Shown here piece by piece: positions 1 to 13,655 of a stretch of DNA of 64,000 nucleotides (its first letter is position 1; each line of letters begins with the position of its first letter). The notes beneath the pieces are model-generated. The model was given only the letters and a program-made list of their open reading frames with translations. It ran no database searches and was not told where the DNA came from. Source of the DNA: Octopus vulgaris (Eukaryota); contig OX597824.1 of the NCBI GenBank assembly GCA_951406725.2, positions 42,966,001 to 43,030,000 on the forward strand, written 5' to 3'. Made by a program: the position numbers and the translations under genes.

Positions 1-78
1 ATTCGCCTTAAATGGTCCCTTTGTATACTGAATACTTGGTGAAATTGATTAATTAATTAATTTTACCCTCAATTGTTG

Positions 79-156
<78 letters not shown>

Positions 157-166
157 CATACATACA

Positions 167-202
<36 letters not shown>

Positions 203-466
203 TATATATGTAAATTAATAAAAATAAAAATAAAAACATGATGCCAAGGATTCAGCGGTACATATGTTTCGGGCCTTTATTAGACGGATTTATAACAATG
301 CATAATGTGTGTCTATGGCCTTCTTCAGCCGCGCACAATTACTACCTCAAGGACATGTATTACATCAAAAATTCTACGTTGGGGATGCAAATCCTCTCAT
401 TCGCGTACGACATAATGCGGCACCAGCACAAAAATGAAGCGTCCATCCCGTCCTTCTCTCAATGTA

Positions 467-536
<70 letters not shown>

Positions 537-886
537 CATACATACATACATGTATGTATGTATGTATGTATATGCCTGTTTGTGGGTGTAACATTTTGTG
601 TTGGTAAACAGTAAAAAATGTAGAAAACGATAAAACGTTCAGTAATGCTAAGATCCTATAGCATTACTAAATGTAGAGTCAAATTTATTAATCATATTAG
701 AATTGACAGAGGCTGCAGGCTTCATGTTAGCGGTTTATTAGTCGGTTGAATAAGCTGTTCAATTGAAAGCTGAAGTTCAAGTCAACTTAAACATGGTTCA
801 TACATATGGACCCACGATCGTACACGTGCACCCACACAAGCACACATGCATAATACAGAATACATACATACGTACATAATTACATA

Positions 887-937
<51 letters not shown>

Positions 938-1365
938 TCTTTTATTCTTTTACTTGTTTCAGCCATTTGACTGCGGAATTGGGTGCTTAAATTGAGGCAC
1001 CTTGTCAGTTTGCTATATTCCGCACAGCTTAACAATATTATTTGAATAATGAATATCAAGACTACGTGTAGAAGTGTTTGTACCTAATATTCCTGTCGTG
1101 TGTGTGTGTGTTTGAATTTGTCCCCTACAGCTGCATGACAACTTATGTTGGTTTATTTACATCTCCGTAAAAACTTAGAGTTTGGGCAGAAGAATCCGAT
1201 GAAAGAAGTACCAAACAGAAAAAAACCCCAATAGAATAAGTACCTGATTTACAAAAATAAGTACTGTAAGCGATTTGTTCGGCTAAAACGTTTAAAGGCA
1301 ATGCTCCGGCATGGACGTAGTCCAATGGCTGAAAAAAGTAAAAAAAACAAAAGAGATAGATAGAC

Positions 1366-1412
<47 letters not shown>

Positions 1413-1452
1413 CAGGCAGAATGATAGACAGACAGACAGCTAGCTAGCTAGC

Positions 1453-1611
<159 letters not shown>

Positions 1612-2578
1612 AGAGTCAGTTAGTGATTCACTTGATTGTCAGTCGGAGATTCATGCGTGCGTTGTACATGTACATACAAGACTCGTACAATGAGTCAGAC
1701 AATTGCACAATGAATAAAGTAATGTCCGCATCATAATATCTAAGCTGATTCTAATTGACCAAGGCGAGTTGCGAGATGAAATATGAGGCAAAAGGCGCAT
1801 AGACAAATGCATGTATGTCAAATAGCATACACCATAGTGGCACTCCGTCGGTGTAACCGACGAGGGTTCCAGTTGATGCAATCAACAGAACAGCTTCCTC
1901 GTGAAATTAACGTGCAAGTGGTTGAGCACTCCGTAGACATGTGTACCCTTAACGTAACTCTCAGTGACATCCAGCCTGTCACAGAATGTGACAAGACTGG
2001 TCCTTTGTAATCCAAAGTACTACTCATTTTCGCCAGGTGAGTGAATTGGAGCAACGTGAAATAAAGTGTCTTGCTCAGGGACACAACTCGTTGCCGGGAA
2101 TTGAACTCACGATTGTGAGCCGAATACTCTAACCACTAAGCCACGCGCCATCATATACAACATAAATTTTTGACTTATTACAATTATCTCCGCCTCTAGA
2201 GGATGTATCATATTTACTAAATAGCAATTATGATCAACTCCACTTGAAAGAGGAAGAAAATTCCAAGTATCCTCTAAATTGATATTCCATTAAGGAAAAC
2301 GAAAGCTTTTTGTCTGGAGATAAGTGGACAACCTTGGTAACGAGTTTCTGCCGCAATAGCCGTCATCAGCGCCAGATTTGTCTGACCTTATCACCTCGTA
2401 GCCAAAGAACTTGACTTATTTTTTTAAAATAATGGTTAGGAACAAATGTAGTCTAGATAATTTGCATAATTTAAATAAAAAATGAGCTTAAAGGAATAAG
2501 TGACCAGTAGCATGTATCTGAATAACCAGTATGTAAAATTACATTCTTGTTTTATTAAAATTATCTCTGCCTCGAAAC

Positions 2579-2930
2579 CAGCGGTTCTCAACCAGGATTC
2601 ATATGGCCCCTGAGGGTCCATATAAAATTTGGCGGGGGGTCTACGCAACAAAATAGTAAATTGGGGATCCACATTAGTATTTTAAGGGTCTCTGTAAATT
2701 GTTTGCTTTAGATATCTATATTGGTTTGTATTGTAGGAAACAGCTAGGCTTCTTTGTCTAACGTTTTACATAGTTCAACTTGTACGTGTTAATGAATGAA
2801 AAACAAAATAGGAATTTTGAAAGAAGTTTCTATAAAGCTAGTTTTTAAATATCGAATGGCTATGAGGTGTCTACCAGAATAAAATAACAATCAAAGACGT
2901 CCATAGATAGAAAATGGTTGAGAACCCCTG
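2579..2930. mobile_element. hAT (Charlie-like) non-autonomous element / MITE
   Basis: TIRs CAGCGGTTCTCAACC and GGTTGAGAACCCCTG. The 8-bp flanks (ctcgaaac / ctctagcg) match only partly. Confidence 0.75.
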
Positions 2931-3451
2931 CTCTAGCGTATGCGTCATGATTACCAAATGACAATTGAGACAAGTCTCACTTGCGAATGGAGACAATCTC
3001 AAGTGTCAAGATTTTCCAAAACTGACTTGCTGCTAAGGAAAAGGACAGGGTTATAATCTGAAGATAAGAGAACAGTTGTGGACGTCAGCTGTTGGGCGAC
3101 TATGATATAAGGAAGGTTACCGAATACGAGACTTGAAGATATCAAGGTCCAATTGCTCTGAAGCTCTTACTATTTGTGAGGATTGTGGAATTGAAAGAGA
3201 GGGCCTTCACTGATTGACGTGTGTTATATCATGGGAAGGCCATTTTTGCTAAAAGGAAACGCACACTTAATGTCCGTGTCACTTATTGGCGAAATGACCC
3301 GCCCAAGATACAGCAACTTCTCTGTTTCATCTCATAAATTCGTGGCAAGAATATGGCAAAATATTTTAAATTCGATATGTATGTATGTATTCATGTATGT
3401 ATGTATGTATGTATGTATGTATGTATGTATGTATGTATGTATGTATGTATG

Positions 3452-3482
<31 letters not shown>

Positions 3483-3796
3483 TGTATGTATGTATGTATG
3501 TATGTATGTATGTATGTATTCATGTATGTATGTATGTATGTATGTATGTATGTATGTATGTATGTATGTATGTATGTGTGTATATATGTATTCATAAATA
3601 AATAAATAAATAAATATATATATAGATGGATAAATGCATAGATAGATAAATAGATTGATAGATATATGTAGGTATGTATGCCCTTGCATTTGTGTATATC
3701 TATCTATCAATATATAAGTGTGTGTGTATTTGTGGATGTTTTTATGTACATATACACATGTATATGTGTGTGTGTGTATAAACACATTCACAGACG

Positions 3797-3859
<63 letters not shown>

Positions 3860-4206
3860 TATATACATATATATATACATATACGTGGCATTCTGTCGGT
3901 TACGACGAGGGTTCCAGTTGATCCGATCAACGGAATAGCCTGCTCGTAAAACTATCGCACTCCACACGCACGTGTATCCTTAACGTAGTTCTCAGGGAGA
4001 TTAAACGTGACACAGAGTGTGACAAGGCTGGCCCTTTGAAATACAGGTACAACAGAAACAGAAAGTAAGAGTGAGAGAAAGTTGTGGTGAAAGAATACAG
4101 CAGGGCTCGCCCCCCCCCCCACTGCCGAAGCCTTGTGGAGCTTTAGGTGATTTCGCTCAATAAACACTCAGTCCAAGTTTAGATTCGAAACTGCGATCCT
4201 ACGACC

Positions 4207-4439
4207 TATTTCTTTGCTACCCACAAGGGGCTAAACACAGAGAGGACAAACAAGGACAGACAAACGGATTAATTCGATTATATCGACCCCAGTGCATAAC
4301 TGGTACTTATTTAATCGACCCCGAAAGGATGAAAGGCAAAGTCGACCTCGGCGGAATTTGAACTCAGAACGTAGCGGCAGACGAAATACCGCTAGGCATT
4401 TCGCCCGGCGTGCTAACGATTCTGCCAGCTCGCCGCCTT
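4207..4439 (-). mobile_element. tRNA-derived SINE (family A, Nin/Deu-like core, tail B) nested in another SINE
   Basis: GGCGGCGAGCTGGCAGAATCGTTAG head, GAGTTCAAATTCC B-box, GCCTTTCATCCTTTCGGGGTCGAT core, and 12-bp TSD GATCCTACGACC (4195-4206 and 4440-4451). Confidence 0.9.
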
Positions 4440-4543
4440 GATCCTACGACCGTGAGTCCGCTGCCCTAGCCACTGGGATATTGCGCCTCCACACACACAC
4501 ACACATACATACAAACATACATTCATACACAGATGCAAAACTC

Positions 4544-4580
<37 letters not shown>

Positions 4581-5221
4581 GTATGTCTATATGTGCATGT
4601 GCGGCTGTACATGCATGTATGTTTGCTTGCATGAATGCATACATATTTAAAACCCACTTCACGTTCATCAAAAATAATACCGTATGGTCTCCGTCCTCTG
4701 TCACCAGATGCCATCAATAAAAAGCATTGTTGTTGTACCTATTGTTATCAGTATTAGTGTTGCTGTTGTTGTTGCCTATGCAGTTGATGGTGCAAGCATT
4801 ACTCAATCTGCACCTTCAACAGGGAGAATTTGCACGGACATGTTTCTGCAAATATCAGTGTACACATTCCTTGTATATGCATGCATGCATGCAGGCATGC
4901 ATGTATATATATATGTATGTATACACAGACGTATATACATATATATACCGATATAATATGAATGCATAAATATACATACTCATATATGTATGTATAGGTA
5001 TATATTCACATTTATATACTCATATATATATATATATATATATATCTAACGTAATCGATTCGTCTGTCAATGTCGGATCGATAAATACAAACACTTAAAC
5101 ATACATATATGCATACATGTATACGCACACAGGAATATACATACATGCTTTACTTATTTATTTCTACCTCCGCATATGCATCTGCGTATCTTTCCCGTTT
5201 CCTTGTGAATGTGTGTATGTG

Positions 5222-5414
<193 letters not shown>

Positions 5415-5590
5415 CTATATATAATGTATATATGTATTTATGTATGAATGTATATGTTTGTTCGTATGTATGTATATGCACTCTCACTTATATTTGCATA
5501 TTCGTTTATACATATATTTGCATACGCACGAAGCTAATAGCCAACATACTTGCATACAGATCACGTGTGCACTCACTCACTCATTCATCT

Positions 5591-5632
<42 letters not shown>

Positions 5633-5764
5633 ACTTTGTCTCTCTTCCTTCTCTTTGTCTCATAAACAATAGCAATAGCAATAAGAACAACTAAAAATTA
5701 AAGAATATAGCCAAGATCATCATCAGCATAATCAACACGACCATCATAATAATCGTCAACTGTT

Positions 5765-5765
5765 G

Positions 5766-5805
<40 letters not shown>

Positions 5806-5903
5806 AATTACTATCACCATGATATCACCACCACCATCATCATCATCATCATCATCACCACCATCACAATCTTCTTCGTCATCATTATCGTCATCATCAC
5901 CAC

Positions 5904-5960
<57 letters not shown>

Positions 5961-5985
5961 CGTCGTCGTCGTCGTCGTCGTTGTC
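5765..5985. repeat. (CAT)n/(CGT)n trinucleotide tract (similar low-complexity tracts at 19660-20075 and 46300-46670)
   Basis: Directly visible. Confidence 0.95.
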
Positions 5986-6397
5986 ATTGCCTTCATTGGT
6001 AGAATCAACAATTACTAGTATCACCATTGTGACTAATACGAGAAGCAGAAATAACTATTTGTTAACTACTTAGTATTAACAGTCATCAACTTTCTTCTCC
6101 GTCTCAGTTCGATATTGCCAATAATATCGATAATGATCCTTTGAGGTGCTAAATGATATTTCTCCCTCATTCTTTTTTATGTCCCTTTCTCCTTCTTTCA
6201 TTTTTTCTTCTCTCTTCCTCTCTTTCTCTTTCCCTCAGTCTCTCTCCTTCTTTGCTTATCTTTTCCTCCCATTCTCACTTTCGATCAATCTCATTCTTTC
6301 TCTAACTTTTTTTTTCTCTATCTTGCATTTTTTTTTCTGTTAGTATATTTAATTCATTTCTGAGTCATTTTATTACTTTCTGTTATGCAACTATATG

Positions 6398-6469
<72 letters not shown>

Positions 6470-7331
6470 AAAAAAGGAGATGTCGAACACGAGTGGTGAT
6501 ATATAAAAAAGGAAATGAAGAAAATGCTGACAAATAATTGAAGTAATTTAAGTAATTTAATTAGGTGAAAGTTCTTTTTACCGGTTGCGCATTTGTTATG
6601 CTTATCAAAATATAAAAGAGAGATTAGAGTCTGTCTCTTATATGTGAAAAAAAGAGGCTCCAGAGTTGTTTTGGATTTGCTTGGTTTCGCGCCTAAAATT
6701 TTGATTGGTCATTATGAAGGGGTCACGTGAATGTTTGAATGGAAGTTGGTGTTGGGGTAAGAAAAAAGGCTCCAGAGAAGTTAAAATTTGGCTAGTGTCC
6801 CGCCTAAAATTTCTTATTGGCCATAATAAAGAGGTCACGTGAATGTTTAGAATTTTCGAAAATAGTGTTGTTGAAAATTCTTATTGTTCAGGCTGGTCAG
6901 TAGACGTCATGTGGATATTTTAAATAGCTTTTTAGCGCGTAGTTAGGGAGTGTATTTTCCGCTTGATTGGATAAGTAAGTTCGTTTAGAACAGGGAGAGC
7001 TGTATGTATGTATGTGTGTGTGTGCGCGCGCGCGCGCGCGTGTGTTTATATGTATGTTGGGGCGCGCGCGCGTGTATATATGTGTGTGTGTGTGGGTACA
7101 ATTTTCAATATTTATAGTTCTGCTGGCCTTGTGCCTGTATCGGGAAGCAACGTATTTGTGTGAAGTCAATATTTACAGCCATTTCCAAAAAATAGTGTTG
7201 GATGTTTTGCACCCGTATTCAATTATGTGTATGTGTGGAACCATATATTTGTGTGTGTCATGGTGTTAATATCTGGGTAAAGGTGTGTGTAGGGTGTGTG
7301 CAGGTGTAAGTGTGTTTGTTGTGGGTTCGTG

Positions 7332-7920
7332 TTAGGGGCATGTGTTTAGAAGTGGTCTGTATTTATTAATAAGGTGGGATTCCATGGTTATTCGCTGGGT
7401 ATGAGTGGCATTGTCTTTAAATTTGTAGAGGGGAAAGATTCTAAAATTGGGATGGAGTTGTGCGGCACAGGTATCAATATGTGCACTAAATGCTATTTTT
7501 CTATATTCCTGTATTTTTATTTGGGATCTGTGGACAGTCATGCGTTGGCGGAGGCTATTTTTTGTTTGGCCTATGTAGTGTTCATTACAGCCCGAGCAAG
7601 TTAAGACATATACTAGGTTTTCTGATGCGCATGTGAAGTTGTGTTTTACTGTGAAACGTTGTCCTTGTTTAAAAAGGAATTCCGGACCTTCTATTAGGTT
7701 GATGCATATACCACAGTTGGGTCTATGGCATTTGTTTACTGTGGGTTTAGTTGTTGTGGTTGGCAGTACTTTGGCATTTGTTAGGATGGTTTTCAATGAT
7801 TTGGGTTGCCTTTTGCTCTTTATGATTTCGTGTGTTAGGAGGATTTGGTTCATTCTATGGTCCTTTTGTAATACAGGAATGTTCTGGAGGATGGTTTCAA
7901 AAGCTTCATTGTTGAGGGGG
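7332..7920 (-). pseudogene. PLE ORF C-terminus (linker, Zn-binding Cys motifs, GIY-YIG endonuclease), 5'-truncated
   Basis: Reads KRQPKSLKTIL...KCHRPNCGIC...FTCASENLVYVLTCSGCNEHYIGQTKNSLRQRMTVH...RITMESHLINKYRPLLN. This has the VY..YIG motif plus conserved R, E and N of PLE GIY-YIG domains. The N-terminal part of the ORF-track call is just the antisense of the other arm. Confidence 0.9.
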
Positions 7921-8325
7921 AACAAATGCAATAGACCCAACTGTGGTATATGCATCAACCTAATAGAAGGTCCGGAATTCCTTTTTAAACAAGGACAACG
8001 TTTCACAGTAAAACACAACTTCACATGCGCATCAGAAAACCTAGTATATGTCTTAACTTGCTCGGGCTGTAATGAACACTACATAGGCCAAACAAAAAAT
8101 AGCCTCCGCCAACGCATGACTGTCCACAGATCCCAAATAAAAATACAGGAATATAGAAAAATAGCATTTAGTGCACATATTGATACCTGTGCCGCACAAC
8201 TCCATCCCAATTTTAGAATCTTTCCCCTCTACAAATTTAAAGACAATGCCACTCATACCCAGCGAATAACCATGGAATCCCACCTTATTAATAAATACAG
8301 ACCACTTCTAAACACATGCCCCTAA
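7921..8325 (+). pseudogene. Second, shorter inverted copy of the PLE GIY-YIG domain
   Basis: Same translation from NKCNRPNCGIC to RPLLNTCP*, the reverse complement of 7332-7736. Confidence 0.9.
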
Positions 8326-8806
8326 CACGAACCCACAACAAACACACTTACACCTGCACACACCCTACACACACCTTTACCCAGATATTAACACCATGAC
8401 ACACACAAATATATGGTTCCACACATACACATAATTGAATACGGGTGCAAAACATCCAACACTATTTTTTGGAAATGGCTGTAAATATTGACTTCACACA
8501 AATACGTTGCTTCCCGATACAGGCACAAGGCCAGCAGAACTATAAATATTGAAAATTGTACCCACACACACACACATATATACACGCGCGCGCGCCCCAA
8601 CATACATATAAACACACGCGCGCGCGCGCGCGCACACACACATACATACATACAGCTCTCCCTGTTCTAAACGAACTTACTTATCCAGTCAAGCGGAAAA
8701 TACACTCCCTAACTACGCGCTAAAAAGCTATTTAAAATATCCACATGACGTCTACTGACCAGCCTGAACAATAAGAATTTTCAACAACACTATTTTCGAA
8801 AATTCT

Positions 8807-9018
8807 AAACATTCACGTGACCTCTTTATTATGGCCAATAAGAAATTTTAGGCGGGACACTAGCCAAATTTTAACTTCTCTGGAGCCTTTTTTCTTACCC
8901 CAACACCAACTTCCATTCAAACATTCACGTGACCCCTTCATAATGACCAATCAAAATTTTAGGCGCGAAACCAAGCAAATCCAAAACAACTCTGGAGCCT
9001 CTTTTTTTCACATATAAG
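8807..9018 (+). promoter_or_regulatory. Two ~112-bp direct repeats in the pLTR, each with CACGTGAC E-box, CCAAT box and E2F-like GGCG(C/G)GA motif
   Basis: CACGTG at 8814 and 8926, CCAAT at 8835 and 8947, GGCGGGA at 8851 and GGCGCGAAA at 8962, TATAAG near 9013. The function is inferred from motifs only. Confidence 0.45.
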
Positions 9019-9035
9019 AGACAGACTCTAATCTC

Positions 9036-9082
9036 TCTTTTATATTTTGATAAGCATAACAAATGCGCAACCGGTAAAAAGA
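9036..9082 (+). ncRNA. Variant minimal type-I hammerhead motif in the PLE pLTR (mirror copy at 6573-6619, minus strand)
   Basis: tt-TTGATAA-GCAT aacaa ATGC-GCAA-CCGG-TA-aaaaga: U3/A8 core, 4-bp stem II, palindromic stem III, C at position 13. Confidence 0.6.
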
Positions 9083-9143
9083 ACTTTCACCTAATTAAAT
9101 TACTTAAATTACTTCAATTATTTGTCAGCATTTTCTTCATTTC

Positions 9144-9202
<59 letters not shown>

Positions 9203-9242
9203 CATATATATATATATATATACATAATTATATATATATACA

Positions 9243-9296
<54 letters not shown>

Positions 9297-10558
9297 CCCA
9301 TAAACGTTTTCAGTCAATTGACTGCAGCTATGCTATATATATGTGTGTGTGTGTGTGTGTTTACGCATACAAACACACTGATATACTCGCACATAAACAC
9401 ATACACACACGTACACATTCAAACGCACATTCACATGAGCATGCGTAGTTTTAAAAGCCTATGCACATACGCACATCTGCACACATACGTGTACACAAAG
9501 ACGAAATAACATGCACAAACTTCCATACATGCACACACACACACACACACACATTCACAGAAGCACAATTCACATACGGTCATTACAGTCATACACGTAC
9601 GCATTCACAGGTATAACAATTCACTTAGTATTTTTCAGTGTCAAAGACTGAATATAGTTCTTAGAACGTTGAATTTACGATTGAATAAGGAATATATTTT
9701 TTAAAATCTAAGTATTATGAATAGGAGCGACAAATATAAAACGTCATCCTTCTCACCAAGATATTACCCAGTCTTTGTGCAGTGAGCAGATACGATTGCA
9801 ATAAGAGAGCTATTAAACTGATAACATTTGTTTCGCTAACATCAGGTTGCGCGTTGAAACCGTCTTCTGGATAAGGTTTGAAGAAAGATCGTTTCCACAA
9901 ATGTTTACTTGCTCTAGATCAGTGATAGAGGATTTGCTATTAGTATGTTCCATGTGTTACTCGGATTTCAGATTTAGGTGAATGCTCATAGATAAAACTT
10001 TTCTAACATGATATTTCAGGGAAACTTGTTTGTCTTCAAAATATACAGGTGTCATCTAACAAATAGAGACGTGTTACTGTTGGCACTCGTATCAAATTCG
10101 TTACCACTGGCCTCGGTGCACCGTATGAAAATGGTGTCGTTTCTAAATTTCAATTCTTCTTCGGTGCTAAAAATATATTTATCTTTCATTTTTCATTTTC
10201 ATCCTTGTTTTAGTCACTGGATTGCATCCCTGATGGGACACCACTTTAAATGGTCTAATCGAATAAAACGATCCTTGTACTTATCGTTAATTTTGGTACT
10301 TGTTCTATCGGTCTCTGTTGCCGAGCCTCTAATTTACGGGGACTTAAAAATATGAACACCTATCGTCAAGTAGTATGGAGGGACAAACGCAAAAATATGC
10401 GCGCACGAACGCACACAATTATACACACACACATACACATACACCCACACCCATCTATATAAGAATTTTAATTCGAAAAGATGGAATAAACAGACTTTAT
10501 TACAAATCAATACAATTATTTCGGTGCATCATAATCAGCTGGTAGTTTCTGAATGTTA

Positions 10559-11747
10559 TCTTTATATATATAAAACTGAGAATGTGTGTGTGTCTGTCTG
10601 TGTGTGTGTTTCCCTAAAACTTGAGAAGTACACAACCAATTTCATTCAAATTTTACACATGCCTTGCTTAGGGTCCGGGGAGTGTCATCGGCAAAGAAAA
10701 TGTTGAACTTTTTGCCTAGGGCGAGCCCACAGCAATATCATATCTTCTCCACTACGATTCCCTAAAACTTGAGAACTACATAACCAATTCCATTCAAATT
10801 TTACACATGCCTTACTTAGGGTCTATGTAGTTTCATGGGCAAAAAAAATGTTCAACTTCTTGCCTAGAGCGAGCCCATAGCAATATCATATCTTCTCCAC
10901 TATTTCAGTATTACGTGTGAAAAGTGAACAAAAACGTTTCTCTATTTTATTTCAGATACTTTCAATTTAACAATAAAAATATTAATAACAATTGAATTAT
11001 ATGTAGTAAGTAATAATTAAAATCAAACTAAAGTATAATATAATCGTAACATAACAAAAGTAAAAATAGCAATTGTTATAAAATTGCATCAATGACTTGA
11101 ATTTGAATAAGTAGTTTCACATGAATGGGAATAAATTAAAAATAAAATTAGCGTGCAGAAATGGAATAGTCCAGATGGATAATAAAAAATTAAATCAAAG
11201 AAAAGACTATTGTCTATAAAGTATACAATGTAGAGAAAAAAGAAGATTTGAACACATGGAGGAAAGCACCTTCGAAAAGTATCTTGGTGCGACTATGAAA
11301 GGTATCTAATCAGAGACGGTAAATTCGCCACAATAGAAGCAAGGTTCGAGTCAACGGAGCGTGCAAGGGAGTTACTCGACTCGAACTTGCAAAGTGGAAA
11401 TATTTTATTTTTACCTTTATATCTGGGACGTGGGACGTCCCGGAAAAAGATTTTAAATGCTCCCCCCCCCCCCCAGAAGTAGAGGTACGCTGGATTGTAG
11501 CCACACTTCTATACAAGAAGGAGGACAAGATACAATTGATCGAAATTACAAGAGACGGGCTAACAATTCCAGTCTGTTATATATTTTGAGTATTGTTATC
11601 ACTAGCGATATCAATATATAACTTTGTATTTTGTATTTTATGTGTAGATGTATATATATAGATGTACATGTAATATGTACACATATATATACACATATAT
11701 ACATGCACTAGCACTATGACCCGGCAACGACGGGTCTTTAATGCTAG
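10559..11747 (+). mobile_element. Non-autonomous Helitron
   Basis: 5' A|TCTTTATATATATAAAA start, 3' hairpin GACCCG-gcaacga-CGGGTC (11718-11736) then CTAG|T, no TSD. Internal ~148-bp tandem duplication at 10610-10903. Confidence 0.85.
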
Positions 11748-12049
11748 TATATTATATTATATTACATATATATTATATACAGTACTGTATTAATATGATT
11801 CAACAGTAACTGTATGCATGCACGTCTACGAGTGAGTAGGGTCCAAAGCACTGGGGATTTCCACATGTATATCCATATCCAGAAAAAGGTAGCCAATGTC
11901 CGAAGATGAGCTTTGGAAAGCACGCTCTAATGGTATTACTCAGATATTAAACGCGCGCGCGCGCACACACACACACACACGAACACACATAGACACACAT
12001 TTACGCATACATATACATATTTGATAAGATAGGTAGAGAGATGAATAGA

Positions 12050-12213
12050 TATGTTTCTTTATTAGCCACACAGGGCTGCACACAGACAGAACAAATTACA
12101 AGGTAGAGCTTTTCTTTTGGGGGTAAAAAAAGGCGGTTTGGTTTTCGATCAAAAGGGATCGTAAACGGAAAGAAAGAGGACAAAAAAGGGGGGGGATAAC
12201 ATTTAAAAAAAAA
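12050..12213 (-). mobile_element. Short 5'-truncated copy of the same Tx1-like 3' end, also in a GATA-type repeat
   Basis: atgtttctttattagccac..cagggctgcacacaga.agaacaaatta.aaggtagagcttttctttt..ttcgatcaaaagggatcgtaaa matches 57516-57670. Confidence 0.8.
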
Positions 12214-12351
12214 GATAGATAGATAGATAGATAGATAGGTAGGTAGGTAGATAGCTAGGTGGGAAGGTAGGAAGGTAGGAAGGTAGGTAGGTAGGTAGGT
12301 AGGAAGGTATGTATGTATGCAGGTAGGTAGGTATGTATGTATGCAGGTAGG

Positions 12352-12412
<61 letters not shown>

Positions 12413-12427
12413 GGATGGATAGATAGG

Positions 12428-12534
<107 letters not shown>

Positions 12535-12756
12535 GTAGATAAGCTTTCGTTCACTTAATTCATTTATAATCATTAGTCGGCCTACGCTTATATTAGAAGA
12601 TACTTTCCCAATGGGACTGGACTCGGTGTTGTAAAACTAGCTTCTTAATCATACAGCCGTACCGTCTACAATTTCATTGCCGTACAACACGTCTCTTTGA
12701 ATTCGTTTTCTTGTATTTTTATATTACTTTTTCCTTTTTTCTGTTTTCAGTCATTA

Positions 12757-12965
12757 AGGGCGGCGAGCTGGCAGAACCGTTAGAACGCCGGGCGAAATGC
12801 TTAGCGCCATTTCGTCCGTCACCACGCTCAAATTTCACCGAGATCGACTTTGCCTTCTATCCTTTCAGGGTTAATGAAATAAGTACCGGTTGAGTACTGG
12901 GGTTGATGTAATCGACTTATCCCCTCCCCCGGAATTGCTGGTTTTGTTCCAAAATTTGAAATCGA
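12757..12965 (+). mobile_element. Family-A SINE. Further dispersed copies on plus: ~18630-19068, 20631-20845, 24836-25020. On minus: ~16510-16672, 37490-37692, 40205-40380, 47150-47545, 59280-59440, 61635-61840, 63915-64000
   Basis: Shared tRNA-like head, gaggtcgactttgcctttcatcctttcggggtcgataaa core and aagtaccagttgagtactgggg body. Confidence 0.85.
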
Positions 12966-13475
12966 TATTTTCTATCCTTAGTGTGTGGAAGTGTTTGGTT
13001 ATTGCCTTGGAAGGTTTTAGGAAGTGGTATTGTCGGTGGTATTTCAGTCTCATAATTGTTTTAACAATCTCTGTTTATGGAACCGTTAAGGTCAAGTGAC
13101 ACAGGATTCAACCGCTTTAGATATATAAACACCGACTCAGGCAAAGATACACACTTGTTTCAGTCATTTGACTGTGGCCATGCTGGGGCACTGCCTCGAA
13201 TTTTTAGTTGAATGAATTAACCCTAGTACTTATTATTTTTTTAAAGCCTGGTACTTATTCTATCACTCACTTTTGCCGAATGACTAAGTTACAGGGATGC
13301 GAACACACCAACACCGGTTGTCAAGCGGTCGTGGGTGGACAAACACATGCACTAAGACACACACATATCTATCTATTTATCTATTTCTGTCTGTCTGTGT
13401 CTCTTTCTCTCTCTCTCTCTCTCTATAGTATATATATATATATAGAGAGAGAGAGAGGGAGAGAGAGAGAGACAT

Positions 13476-13544
<69 letters not shown>

Positions 13545-13607
13545 GACAAAGACAGTGAGCGAGAGAGAAAGAGAAAGAAGGAGGGAAGGTGATAGGAACC
13601 GGAGGAG

Positions 13608-13655
<48 letters not shown>

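Larger units (their letters stand above)
6466..9148. mobile_element. Penelope-like retroelement: two 5'-truncated copies head-to-head (inverted pLTR structure) inserted in (TA)n
   Basis: Near-identical inverted arms at 6507-7736 and 7921-9148 flank a 184-bp coding spacer (7737-7920). Each arm has a GIY-YIG ORF and an HHR-like motif near its 3' end. A ~40-nt extra tail (6466-6506) is present only on the longer copy. (TA)n lies on both sides. Confidence 0.93.

Noticed and set aside
248-292. Minus-strand CTAATAA-aggccc-GAAA-CATATG-TA hammerhead-like string
   Set aside because: Both core Gs are mutated, there is no stem II loop and stem I is poor. It is too degenerate to call.
7633-8024. Apparent pair of identical-looking 230-aa antisense genes starting MKLCFTVK
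   Set aside because: The N-termini are antisense read-through of the opposite inverted arm. Only the GIY-YIG portions are real PLE coding sequence.
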